Position numbers and translations under genes: made by a program. Below are positions 13,130-24,620 of a DNA stretch of 64,000 nt, one piece after another. This DNA is from Mustelus asterias (Eukaryota): the NCBI RefSeq assembly GCF_964213995.1, contig NW_027590120.1, positions 1,798,001-1,862,000 on the forward strand. Direction: 5' to 3'. The first letter of the stretch is position 1; each line of letters begins with the position of its first letter. The notes beneath the pieces were generated by a model that was not told the DNA's origin, ran no database searches, and worked only from the letters and a program-made list of their open reading frames with translations.

Positions 13130-13600
13130 ACACGCCCACGCCCCCCGACATTGACCTCTCCTGGATACCTCACACTGCCTGGCGAGTGATTGACAGCAGC
13201 TTGGGGCCAATAGGGTGAGAGGGCGGGGTTGGAGGACCGATCGGGAGCGGCTGGTCCTCCAAGCAATTAGAGTGAATGAGGGGGCGGGGCTTGGCTGTGA
13301 GTGAAGCATGCGCAGTCCAGTTAATGGCGACGGAGACAAGATTTTTTTCTTTGGATCTGCCATCCGTAACGGAGAGAATGGCGAGACGAAGGGAACCACG
13401 GATCAGGTGAGTGACTGGATACGTTCCGTAAACACGTTACACAAACCGCAAATGCGGAAAAATATCCCATCGTTTCCCGTGAACCGTTGCCCCCTCCCTG
13501 CAGCAGGGGCCGCAGCTTTCTCACAGAGCTGGGTTCAGCGGCCGCTATCTTTCTCCAGGCATTAGCAGCAGCGCGCATGCGCGGCCTCATCTTTGTTCGG
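13130..13600 (+). promoter_or_regulatory. CpG promoter and exon 1 (donor CAG|GTGAGT at 13406) of ZNF at 15050
   Basis: CCAAT, GGGCGGGG x2, palindrome 13229-13262, GCATGCGCA, GCGCATGCGC (13573), perfect donor. Confidence 0.75.
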
Positions 13601-13829
13601 GGCAGTAACAGCAGAATGTGTCCATCGCCGCCACCTTTGTTGGGGGCAACAATTTTGATTATCTCCAAGTGAGAATCTCCATCAACCTGCTTCACTCTGT
13701 CACTTCCAGTTTCTTACTGATGAGGCAGAACAATGATATATATCCAGGGCAGTCACCATTATTTGGATTTATATTGTGCATGAATAGAATTAAACTTTTA
13801 AAGACATTTCAGAGAAAGGTTATGAAATA

Positions 13830-14130
13830 ACAATTGACATTGAGCCACATGACGAGATATTAGGTTTTAAGGAGAATTTTAACTGAGAAAAATAAGGTGG
13901 CGAATCAGAGAGGTTTAAGGAGGAAATTCCAGAGCTTCTGAAATAGGCAAAATCAGTAATGATGGAACGATTAAAATCAGGAATGCTCAAGTGGTCAAAA
14001 TTAGATGAGTGCTGAGATCTCAGAGGGTGTGGGCCTGGAGGAGATTACAGAGATTGGGATGATTGCAACCATGGAGGAAAACAAGGATAAGACATTTACA
14101 ATCTTGGTGCATCTTAAAATGAAGCATTGT
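13830..14130 (-). mobile_element. Old L2-type LINE 3' fragment
   Basis: ggttttaaggag...ggaggaaattccagagct pattern typical of L2 3' ends in antisense; from recall. Confidence 0.45.
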
Positions 14131-14180
14131 ATTTCAGTGAGCATTTGTTTGTAGATCAGCATTTGTCAATATATGTGCCA

Positions 14181-14470
14181 TGGGTGGCACAGTGGTTCGC
14201 ACTGCTGCCTCACAGCGTCAGGCACCTGGGTTCGATTCCCGGCTTGGGTCACTGTCTGCGTGGAGCTTGCATGTTCTCCCCGTGCCTGCGTGGGTTTCCT
14301 CCGAGTGCTCCGGTTTCCTCCCACAGTCTGAAAGACATGCTGGTTAGCTGCATTGATCCGAACAGGTGCCGGAGTGTGGCGACTAGGGGAATTTCACAGT
14401 AACTCCATTGTAGTGTTGATGAAAGCCTACTTGTGACGAATAAATAAACTTTAGCTTTAACTTTAGTATT
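14181..14470 (+). mobile_element. tRNA-derived V-SINE (HE1 head, alternative tail)
   Basis: Box A tggcacagtgg, box B ggttcgattcc, V-domain tctccccgtg...ggtttcctcc, tail ...cctacttgtgacgaataaa. Confidence 0.85.
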
Positions 14471-15049
14471 TAAATGGGGGACATTTCTGCTTATCGAACC
14501 TAGGATTTCAGACAAGTTCGGATGCTATGTAGCTTGGAGGGGAACTTGCAGGTGATGGTGTCCACATACTCTTGCTGCCCTGGTCCATCCAGGTGGTGGA
14601 GGTTGAGGGCTTAGGAGATTGTGGTTCAGTTCTAGGTCGAGAAAATGCCTTCCATTTGCCCCTGTCTCTTGCTACTTTCCCTCTGTTTTTCTCTCTGTCT
14701 CTCTTGTAACATAGATTTCTCTGGCCCAGGGTGCTACATCATTCAATATGATGATGACATGTGGTTGAAAGGCAGAGCAGCTTCGACAGGCTGAATGGCC
14801 TCCTCCTGCTCCTATTTCTTGTGTTCTTGCAGAGGTCAGAACCTTGTGTAGACTCAGACCAGAGGCAGGCTTTTTTCCCTGAAGGACATTAGTGACCATT
14901 TCACTTCTGACAAAGGATCAAACAGGTTTCATAGTCACTTTTTCCTTGTGCCAGCCCCATAAATGACCAGATTAATTCAGCTCAATTTCACAACCTGCCT
15001 TTTGTGAGTTCTTTCTCACCCCCTTTTTTCTGTTTAAAATCAATTTCAG

Positions 15050-16188
15050 ATCATCTGAAGTGGAGGATTTCCAATCAGAAAACTCAAACCAAACATCCCA
15101 TCAGGATCAGATGGAGTCACCCAATTTATTGTCAGCTGAATATTTGTGAATTTTGAACATGGAAGGAAAAAGCACCGTTCACAGTGGGGAGAAATGCTGG
15201 GAATGTGGGGAGGGATTCAGTTCCCCACCTGAAGTGGAAACACATTGGCCCAGACACACCGGGGAGAGGTCATTCACTTGCTCCAAGTGTGGGAAGGGAT
15301 TCTCTCGCTCATCCAGCCTGCTGCAACACCAGTGAGTTCACACTGGAGAGAGACCTTTCAATTGTTCCAACTGTGGGAAGGGATTCGCTCAGTCAGGCAA
15401 CCTGCTGAGACACCAGCGAGTTCACACTGGGAAGAGACCATTCACTTGCTCAGAGTGTGGGAAAGGATTCGCTCGATCCTCTGACTTGATGGTGCACCAG
15501 CGAGTTCACACTGACGAGAGACCATTTAAATGTCCAGACTGTGCGAAGTGCTATAAAAGTTCCCGGGACCTGATACTCCATCAACGTGCTCACAGTGACG
15601 AGAGGCCATTCAGATGCTCTCATTGTGGGACTGGGTTCAAACAATCATCTCAACTCACTGAGCACCAGTGTAGTCACACCGGGGAGAGGACATTCACCTG
15701 CTCTGTGTGTGGGAATGGGTTCAGTCGGTCATCTAACCTGCGGATACACCAGAGAATTCACACTGGGGAGAGACCTTTCACCTGTTCTGAGTGTGGGAAG
15801 GGATTCACTCAGTTATCCACTCTGCTGAATCACCAGAGTGTTCACAATGAGAAGAGACCATTTCAATGTCCAGACTGCAGGAAGTGCGACAAAAGTTCCC
15901 GGCAACTGCTCCACCATCAACGAGTTCACACTGAGGAGAGACCTTTTAAATGCCCAGACTTGTGAGAAGTGTTTTAAAAGTTCCAGGGAACTGATGCGCC
16001 ATCGACGTGTCCACACCGACGAGAAACCATTCAGGTGCTCTCACTGTGACGCTGGGTTCAAGACATCATCTGATCTCACTGTACATCAGCGAGTTCACAC
16101 TGGGGAGAAACCATTCACCTGCTCCCAGTGTGGGAAGGGATTCACTCAGTCATCCCCCCTGCTGACACACCAGCGAGTTCATAGGTAA
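15050..16188 (+). pseudogene. C2H2 ZNF pseudogene (~12 fingers; ATG 15159, TGA at 15333-15335, frameshift ~15960)
   Basis: ORFs 15153, 15486 (same frame) and 15838 tile one finger array. Confidence 0.85.
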
Positions 16189-16274
16189 CTAAGGTGATTA
16201 GATTTTACTGTTAATAAGATCAGGACTGATCCATGTTCATTGGGGTCTGTTTCTGTTCATGTTGGTAAACTTCA

Positions 16275-16378
16275 AACCAAAAGAGAAAATGCTGGAAAAT
16301 CTCAGCAGGTCTGGCAGCATCTTTAAAGAGAGAAAAGAGCTGACGTTTCAAGTCCAGATGACCCTTTGTCAAAGCTTA
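16275..16378 (-). ncRNA. Repeat arm with family-2 hammerhead motif (16338-16376), U3:A8 core
   Basis: AGCU-UUGACAA-A-GGGUC.AUCUG.GACUU-GAA-ACGU-C-AGCU on minus strand. Confidence 0.7.
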
Positions 16379-16489
16379 GTTGGTAAACTTCAACCCAGTT
16401 ACATGGGCTAATACTCTGGATAAAAGTTAAATAAGTCAACATTGTGTTCGCACATTATGTTGAATCTTTTAACACCTCAAACATTAGTT

Positions 16490-17430
16490 AGTTCCTTCTG
16501 AAGGTCTCTTTCTCGCCCATCTCCTCCATTCTCACCTCCAACAAGTGTGAGGAGTTCATGAAGCTTCTTTGTTACTAAGATTGAGATAATTCGATCAGCT
16601 GCCGCTGCTGTATCCCTCCCTTCCACTCGCCTACTGGGACAAAACATGTCTAAAGTTCCCTCTTGACCAAGCCCAGAACAGACATCTTTCTCCAGTTTCT
16701 CTCCTATCTCCCCTCGTGCCCGCTCCATGTTTATCTTGTCCATGAGACCCACCCCGTGCTCCATCGACCCTATTCTCACTAAATTGCTGATCATCCAACT
16801 TCCCCACATTTGGTGATATTGTTAATGGTTCTCTCTTTTCCCTGGTACTGTCCCCCTCACTTTTGAATCCTCTGAAATCACCCACCCTGAAAAAAACACT
16901 CAATCCCAGTCTTTGCCAACTATTGCCCCATCTCCAATCTCCCTTTCCTCTCCAAACCCCCTGAACTCGGTGAGCCCCAAGGATCTATCCTTGGCCCCTC
17001 CGAGTTCTCATCCACATGCTGCCACTGAATGACATCATCCAAAAGCACCGTGTTAGTTTTCCCATCTACACTGACAACACCCAGCTCTACCCATCCCTCT
17101 CCATTTCTCCACTGTTACTAAATTATCAAACTGCTTATCCCACATTCAGTACTGGATCAACAGAAATTTCCTCCAATTAAAAATTGGGAAGACCAAAGTC
17201 ATTGTCTTCAGTCACCACTACAAATTCTGTTCCCTAACTGCCAAGTCCATCCCTCTCCCTGGGAGCTGTCTGAAGCTGAATCACACTCTTCACAATCTCC
17301 ATGTCAGATTTGACCCCAAGATGAGTTTCTGACCACATATCCACACCATCACTAATACCAGATATTTCAATCCCCGTAACGTCACCTGACCCCACCCCAC
17401 CCCACCCCAGCTCATCTGCTGTAGCTCCTT
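16490..17430 (+). mobile_element. Degenerate L2 LINE RT fragment
   Basis: ccccaaggatctatccttggcccc (PQGSILGP), tacactgacaacacccagctctac (Y.D.TQLY), aatttcctccaattaaaaattgggaagacc; related minus piece ~59620-59810. Confidence 0.75.
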
Positions 17431-17672
17431 ACCCAGCAGCCCAGTGTGGAGGCACTGCGCCAGTCCCATTGGCCTGAGCCAACTGAGCATGTGTGGTGCT
17501 GGCAGGTGATCTGCATATTTAAAGGGACACTGTCCCTCTATGCAGTTGTCATTTGAACAGGACAGAAGTATTGTGAGAGAGACTCATTTCAACAAAGAAG
17601 AGAGCTGGATTTAGGGGAATAAAAATGTAAAGTTATAAAACTGTCCAAAAATTTGTCCTTTTTTCTTTACAG

Positions 17673-18450
17673 TAATTACTGATATAAATGGTTAAATGGA
17701 CAGGAAGCTCAGACTAGACATCACATCAATCTAACCGAGTCACTCGATTCAGGACTGAATATCATTGGCATCATGGAAGGGGAGAGCAGCAGTCACAGCG
17801 AAGACAAACTGTACACGTGTTCCACATGTGGATCTGGATTCAACCAATCGACTGTTATGGGAAGGCACAAGTGTAACCGAAACAGGGAGAGTCCGTGTGG
17901 ACAATGTGGGAATACTGGGAATGGATTCCATTATCCCTCTGATCAGGAAACTAATCGATTTGGTCACACTGGGGAGAGTCCATGTGGGCAATGTGGGGAT
18001 ACCAGGAAGGGATTCTGTTATCCCTCTGATCAGGAAATTCATCAATGCAGTCACACTGGGGAGAGTCCATTCACCTGCCCCCTGTGCGAAAAGGGATTCA
18101 CTCGATTTTCAAACATGTTGCGACACCAGCAGGTTCACACCGGGGAGAAACCTTTCACCTGCATCCCACCTGCTGACACACCAGCGAGTTCACACCGGGG
18201 AGAGACCGTTGACCTGCTGTGTGTGTGAAAAGAGATTTACTGAGTCATCGGCCCTGCTGAGACACAAGCGAGTTCACACCGGGGAGAGACCATTCCCCTG
18301 CTGTGTGTGTGGGAAGGGATTTGCTGAATCATCAATCCTGCTGCGACACCAGCAAGTTCATACCGGGGAGAGGCCATTCACCTGCTCAGTGTGTGGGAAG
18401 GGATTCACTCAATCATCCAACCTTGTGAGACACCAGTAGGTTCACAAGCA
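17673..18450 (+). pseudogene. C2H2 ZNF pseudogene (MEGESSSH start at 17773; internal deletion/frameshift ~18160; stop 18437-18439)
   Basis: ORFs 17773 and 17765 each carry part of the finger array. Confidence 0.8.
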
Positions 18451-18899
18451 ACTGCACTGTTCTGATTCAGCAGTTATTACTGCTGTTAATCAGATTCGGG
18501 GGTGAACCTTGTTCATTATAAAACAGGGGAGTCTTGATGCTGTTGCTGATAACCACAGCAACTGGGCTGCAGTTGGAAGAATTTTCATTTATATAGTGCC
18601 TTTCACAACCTCAGGGTACCTCGATGCGCAGACAGAAATGTGATGCTGATCAGAGGTGATCTGTTTTTAGTGAGGTTGGATGAGAGCGAAATATATAATA
18701 AATTTATAATAGAATTTTACACTAAGTTTGAAAACAATGTTACTCAATCTGAAACAGGAGTCTTAAATCCTAACAGAAGTAACCGTGAAGTTATGAGGGG
18801 GCAACTGGATTGTGGTGTATTAGGAAAATACCGAAAAGCAGTGGATCCGTTGTCAACAAATGTATTCCCACAAACAAAGCTGATAAATGACTGAGTCAA

Positions 18900-19130
18900 T
18901 CTCTTCCCACACACACAACCACCATCATCTAGAAGGACAAGGACAGCAGACACATGGGAACACCACCTGCTGGAAATTCCCCTCCGAGCCACACACCTTC
19001 CTAACTTGGAAATACATCACCGTTCCTTCATTGTCACTGGATCAAAATCCTGTAATTCCCTCCCTAACAGCACTATGGGTGTACCTACAACACATGGACT
19101 GAAGGAAGGCAGCTCACCACCACCTTCTCA
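18900..19130 (+). mobile_element. 3' end of a second CR1-clade LINE family (also 8066-8190, 20812-20920, 26360-26430, 51530-51720, 53740-54010)
   Basis: Shared caaaatcctggaattccctccctaacagcactgtgg...aagaaggcagctcaccacc. Confidence 0.65.
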
Positions 19131-19149
19131 GTAAATTTATGCAAAAGTC

Positions 19150-19375
19150 TGAAAACATGTACCAAACGACTCAAGAACAACTTCTTCCTTACTGTCATGT
19201 TTGAATGGTCCTATCATATATTAAGCTGATCTTTCTCTTCACCCTACCTGTACCTGCACCCTATCCTTTCCTTCTCCCCATGTACTCCATGAAAGGTATG
19301 CTTTGTCTGTATAGCGTGCAAGCAACAATACTTTTCAGTGGATCCCAATACATTTGACAATAAATCAAATCAAAA
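19150..19375 (+). mobile_element. Rex1/Babar LINE 3' end (also 21660-21852 minus)
   Basis: Homologous to 54130-54562; tail caataaatcaaatcaaa. Confidence 0.65.
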
Positions 19376-19429
19376 TTTAATGCACATGTTGTGAAGTAGA
19401 AATCATGCAGGGCAATTGCAACACTTGTG

Positions 19430-19921
19430 AGGGACAGTGCAAGGCTCCCTCTACACTTTCCCATCAAACACTCCTGAGGTATGTACAACCCATCTAAGGT
19501 ACAGAGGAAAGTTCTCTCTCAATCATCCTGTGAAAAACTCCCAGGGGAAGCACTGCCCAAGCTAGGTACAAAGGAAAACTCCCATTACATGCCACATCAA
19601 ACAGTGCCAGAGAGGAGGAACACTTTGGATAAGAAAAACTCCATCTGCACTGCCCCACCAAACACTCCCAGCCCATAATGAGCTGGGTTCCAGGAGGTTA
19701 GTTACCAGGCGATTAAATTATGTCATAAAGCAACACCATTTAATCCAGCTGGTCCTCTCTTTGACCTTTTAAAAATGGAGAATTGGGACATCCTTTCCCC
19801 AAACAGCGCCAGAGAGTAGGCACAGTTTTCATAAACTCCCTCTACACCGCCCCATCAAACACTCCCAGCCCAGAATGAGCTGAGCTCAAGGAGGTTAGTT
19901 ACCAGGCAATGAAATTATGTC
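19430..19921. repeat. Degenerate satellite-like repeat (ctccctctacac..cccatcaaacactccc) with ~90-bp duplication
   Basis: Motif recurs at ~19445, 19510, 19575, 19637, 19835; 19637-19725 resembles 19835-19921. Confidence 0.6.
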
Positions 19922-20013
19922 TTTGGTGGAGGCAGGCACGCTGACATCGTTTAAGACTTACCTGGATTGTCACATGAGCAGCCTGGGAATGGAGGGATAC
20001 AAACGATTGGTCT

Positions 20014-20812
20014 AAAGTCCAACAGGTTTATTTGGTAGCAAAAGACACTAGCTTTCGGAGCGCTGCTCCTTTGTCAGGTGAATGGGATTTCAGTTCACAA
20101 ACAGGGCATATAAAGACAAACTCAATTTACAAAATAATGGTTGGAATGCGAGTCTTTATAGGTAATCCAGTCTTAAAGGTACAGACACTGTGAGTGGAGA
20201 GAGGGTTAAGCACAGGTTAAAGAGATGTGTATTGTCTTCAGCCAGGACAGTTAGTGAGATTTTGCAAGCCCAGGCAAGTCGTGGGGGTTACAGATGGTGT
20301 GACATGAACCCAAGATCCTGGTTGAGGCCGTCCTCATGTGTGCGGAACTTGGCCATCAGTCTCTGCATTCTCCAAGGCGGCCTTCACGACAACGCAGAGT
20401 CGCTGAGCAGAGACTGATAGCCAATTTCCGCGCACGAGGACGGCCTCAACCGGGATCTTGGGTTCATGTCACACTATCTGTAACCCCAACGACTTGCAAA
20501 ATCTCACTAACTGTCCTGGCTGGAGACAATACACATCTCTTTAACCTGTGCTTAACCCTCTCTCCACTCACATTGTCTGTACCTTTAAGACTTGATTACC
20601 TGTAAAGACTCGCATTCTAACCATTATTTTGTAAATTGAGTTTGTATCTTTATATGCCCTGTTTGTGAACAGAACTCCCACTCACCTGAAGAAGGGGCTT
20701 GGGGCTCCGAAAGCTCGTGGCTTTTGCTATCAAATAAACCTGTTGGACTTTAACCTGGTGTTGTGACACTTCTTACTGTGTTTACCCCAATTCAACGCTG
20801 GCATCTCCACAT
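20014..20812. mobile_element. Inverted pair of Penelope-like 3' fragments (minus 20014-20365, plus 20366-20812)
   Basis: Arms are reverse complements; encode ILQGGLHD...AEQRLIA endonuclease end; one hammerhead motif per arm. Confidence 0.85.
20683..20719 (+). ncRNA. Minimal type I hammerhead ribozyme, intact core (family 1); predicted cleavage after C20716
   Basis: CAC-CUGAAGA-A-GGGGC.UUGGG.GCUCC-GAA-AGCU-C-GUG. Confidence 0.75.
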
Positions 20813-20949
20813 TTTGGAAATATATCACCATTCCTTCACAGTCGCTGGGTCAAAATCCTGGAATTCCCTCCCTATCAGCAGGGTGGATGTACTTGCACAA
20901 CATGGACGGCAGTGGGTTCAGGTCCCATACATCACAAAGGTAGACACTC

Positions 20950-21640
20950 CTGCGCCCCCTACAAACATGGCGATCCCTGCTGCACATTGCCCCTTACAAA
21001 GATGCCGGCCGCACATGCGCACTGATAGACATTGCCACCAACAGATTGGCGGCCGTCAGCCCAGCCCAACACGACAAGTTGCGCCTCCAATTTGGTACCA
21101 ACAGGGTGCCCGGGAAGTTATTTTCCAGGGTTTGGATTTGAACAACATGTTTACGAAGGCTCTCCACCCACCCGCCACATTCATCGCTCTCCGCGCGCCG
21201 CTCTCTACCTTGAACTGATCTTGGATCCGAGTTAAAACCGTCCGTCCGCCGCCATTACCCGCACTGCGCATGCTTCAGACCCCTTCCCTATTCACGCTGG
21301 TTGGAGGACAAGCTGCTCCCGCTCGGTCCTCCAGCCCCGCCCCCTTTTCCTCTTGGCCCGGAACCGCCGTCAATCAGTCCCCGGGCATTGTGACGTTGGG
21401 CATGCGCAGTGCGGCTCATCCCCAGGGACAGGCGCTTGTTTGTCTGATCTTCAGGCGGGAAGGAGGCGGATAAGCGGAGGCAGCGTTAGGGGCAGTGGGT
21501 GGGAGGGGAGGCTCCACACACCCAGTGGAGGCTTCAACACCCCCAATAAGGAACTAGCGGCACCGCCTCAACACCCAACACAACGGCAGCTGCAGCGCTT
21601 CCTCCCGGGGCCAGGCCCCAGTGGACAAATGTGGCTTCAG
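20950..21640. promoter_or_regulatory. CpG promoter paralog, probably of ZNF at 24313
   Basis: ACTGCGCATGC (21263), GCATGCGCAGT (21400), AACATGGCG, palindrome 21302-21333; colinear with 4550-4760. Confidence 0.7.
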
Positions 21641-21852
21641 GAAGGAAATGCAGCAATGGGTTTGATTTGATTTATTGTCACATGTATTGGGATACAGTGA
21701 AAAGTATTGTTTCTTGCGCGGTGTACAGACAAAGCATACTGTTCATAGAGTACATAGGGGAGTAGGAAAGGAGAGAGTGCAGAATGTAGTGTTACAGTTA
21801 CAGAAAGGGTGAAGAGAAAGATCAGCTTAATATGAGGTAGGTCCATTCAAAA

Positions 21853-22950
21853 GGAGGAGGCTTTGGAGAGGGTACAGAAAAGATTTACCAGGATGTTGCC
21901 TGGTATGGAGGGCATTAGTTATGAGAAGAGGTTGGAGAAACTTGGTTTGTTCTCACTGGAACAACGGAGGTTGAGGGGTGAACTGATAGAATTCTACAAG
22001 ATTATGAGGGGCATGGACAGAGTGGATAGTCAGAAGCTTTTTCCCAGGATGGAAGAGTCAATTACTAGGAGGCACAGGTTTAAGGTGTGAGGGGTGAGGT
22101 TTAATGGAGATGTTTGAGGCAAGTTTTTTACACATAGTCATAGAGGTTTACAGCATGGAAACAGGTCCTTTGGCCAACTTGTCCATGCCACCCTTTTTTT
22201 AAAAAACTTCTAAGCTAATCCCAATTGCCCGCATTTGGCCCATATCCCTCTATGCCCATTGTACCCATGTAACTGTCTAAATGCTTTTTAAAAGACAAAA
22301 TTGTACCCGCCTCTACTCCTACGTCTGGCAGCTTGTTCCAGACACTCACCACCCTCTGTGTGAAAAAATTGCCCCTCTGGACACTTTTGTATCTCTCCCC
22401 TCTCACCTTGAACCTATGCCCTCTAGTTTTAGATTCCCCTACCTTTGGGAAAAGATATTGACCATCTCGCTGATCTGTGCCTCTCATTATTTTATAGACC
22501 TCTACAAGATCAACCCTCAGCCTCCGACGCTCCAGAGAAAAAAGTCCCAGTCTATCCAGTCTCTCCTCATAACTCAATCCATCAAGTCCTGGTCGCATCC
22601 TAGTAAATCTTTTCTGCACTCTTTCTAGTTTAATAATATCCTTTCTATAATAGGGTGACCAGAATTACACACAGTATTCCAAGTGTGGCCTTACCAATGT
22701 CTTGTCCCACTTCAACAAGACATTCCAACTCCTGTATTCAGTGTTCTGACTGATGAAACCAGGCATGCCGAATGCCTTCTTCACCATTCTGTCCACCTGT
22801 GACTCCATTTTCAAGGAGCTATGAACATGTACCCCAAGATCTCTTTGTTCTGTAACTCTCCCCAACGCCCTACCATTAACTGAGTAAGTCCTGCCCTGGT
22901 TCAATCTACCAAAATGCATCACCTTGCATTTGTCTAAATTAAACTCCACC
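21853..22950. mobile_element. Two CR1/HER1 LINE 3' fragments (plus 21853-22135, minus 22136-22950)
   Basis: ORFs 21863, 22215, 22665 with LERVQKRFTRM and RPHLEYCV. Confidence 0.9.
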
Positions 22951-23424
22951 CGCAAGTGGTTCTGATGTTACAGAAAAATAACTTGGCAATAATAGTCAAT
23001 TACAGCAAATCAGAAACCAGGAATGTTTCTAATCCTTCATTGACGGACATATTCGCTAATTAAATCCTAGCTTTTCACCCTTTCGCATTCGATGAAAAAT
23101 TGACTCCTGCTAATCTTTTATTTGCATAGCATATCCCCATATCTCGCCTTTGGTATTTGTTATGGAGAAATCTGGCCTTGCTCACCCTCTGGTGAAGGCC
23201 GAAAAGCAGAATGTTCTGGGGCCTACGCAGGTGAAGATTAGCCTGTTCATGCTGAAATAGCAGACACTGACTCCTTTGAAGGTCTGCAAGCCGATAAACA
23301 TTTTCACTCGCTGTTAAAGAGAAGGCAGGAAACTTTAATCTGAGCATTTCCACATAGTCAGCCCTGCTTCGTGCATGTGTTAGAGTGGGCCAAGGCTGAG
23401 GCAGCTGTCGTATATATATTTATA

Positions 23425-23605
23425 GAGAGAGAATAGATGAACATTTCGAGTCTGGATGACCCTTTGTCAGAACTCTGATGAAGGGCCATCCAGACTTTAA
23501 ATGTTGGCTCCATTCTCTCTCCACAGATGCTGTCAGACCTGCTGACATTTTCCAGCATTTTCTGTTTTTGTTTCAGATTCCAGCATCCGCAATATTTTGC
23601 TTTTA
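23425..23605. mobile_element. Palindromic non-coding repeat with two decayed head-to-head family-2 hammerheads (other copies 38015-38200, 41865-42030, 42782-42930, 59478-59605)
   Basis: ttcgagtctggatgaccctttgtcag-aact-ctgatgaagggccatccagact; arm acagatgctg.cagacctgctgagattttccagcattttctg. Confidence 0.75.
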
Positions 23606-24620
23606 TATGTATTTATATATCCAAATGTGCTATGTTAACAAAATGGACAGTTACTAACCGAAACATAAAGCATCATGTGATTTAGCTGACTTGACCATAT
23701 TCCTATAGTTATTCAGTCATTAAAGACACAGTCATGGAGCATTAAACTTGCCAAGCAGGGTCCCTTGTATCAGCACACAGGCCGCTGCTTTGTGAGACTG
23801 CGAGCAGAACAGACAAGTCAGAGATAAGAGTGTCTTGAGAAGAGAGATTCATTGTGAAGGATCAGGGACAGTTGATAAGATGTAGGAATTCTATGATTCT
23901 AATGAACATTCTTTCCTCTCTCATTTCCCAAAAGCTGTAAATCTCCATCCCACACACTCTCCCTCCATTCTCACTCTGCTGTATCTAATATTCACCCTCC
24001 CAGTTCTCCTGAAGGTGCTGATTGAGGCTGATTAACAGATCCATGCTCACTGCTTCCTGTCCTGGACACAGAAATCATAAGAAACAGGAGCTGCAGTTGG
24101 CCATTCAGCCCATCGAACTGCCTCAACCATTCATTGAGAATTGGCTGATCTACCACAGCATCATTTCCCACGCTATCCCCCAGATAGAGAGAGAATAGAG
24201 CCAATGTTTCGAGTCTGGAGAGAGGAAAGAATGTTCCATAGAAACTAGAATTGTGTGTTCTGAATTTCTATCCTGCACTGACACTGATGATCTCTGTAAA
24301 CTTGTTTGACAGGATATTGAAAGAGGAATCACAGGCCGAAATCTCAAACGTTGTGTCTAGACCTGACAGAGTCATATTCCTTAGGACCTGAATATCATCG
24401 GCCTTTGAATCGAGGAGAAATGGTTGTCCGGTCTGATGACTTGAAAAGATTTCAAACATCAGTGTGACTGGAAAAGTGCCAACACACTGCCAGACTGGAG
24501 TGAGTGTGTTCCAGTGCACTGAGCTTGAACCAGTTACACAGCCTGAATAAATATCACACCATTCACAGCAGGGGTGTGGACGAGTCTTCAACTGAAGAGA
24601 GAGGCAAGGACACCTGCACC

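Noticed and set aside
14181-14260. tRNA gene (A and B boxes)
   Set aside because: SINE head continuing into V-domain; no cloverleaf or terminator; same for other copies.
23075-23353. 92-aa minus ORF and ATTTGCAT octamer in unique intronic sequence
   Set aside because: No recognisable homology, no snRNA-like body or PSE identified.
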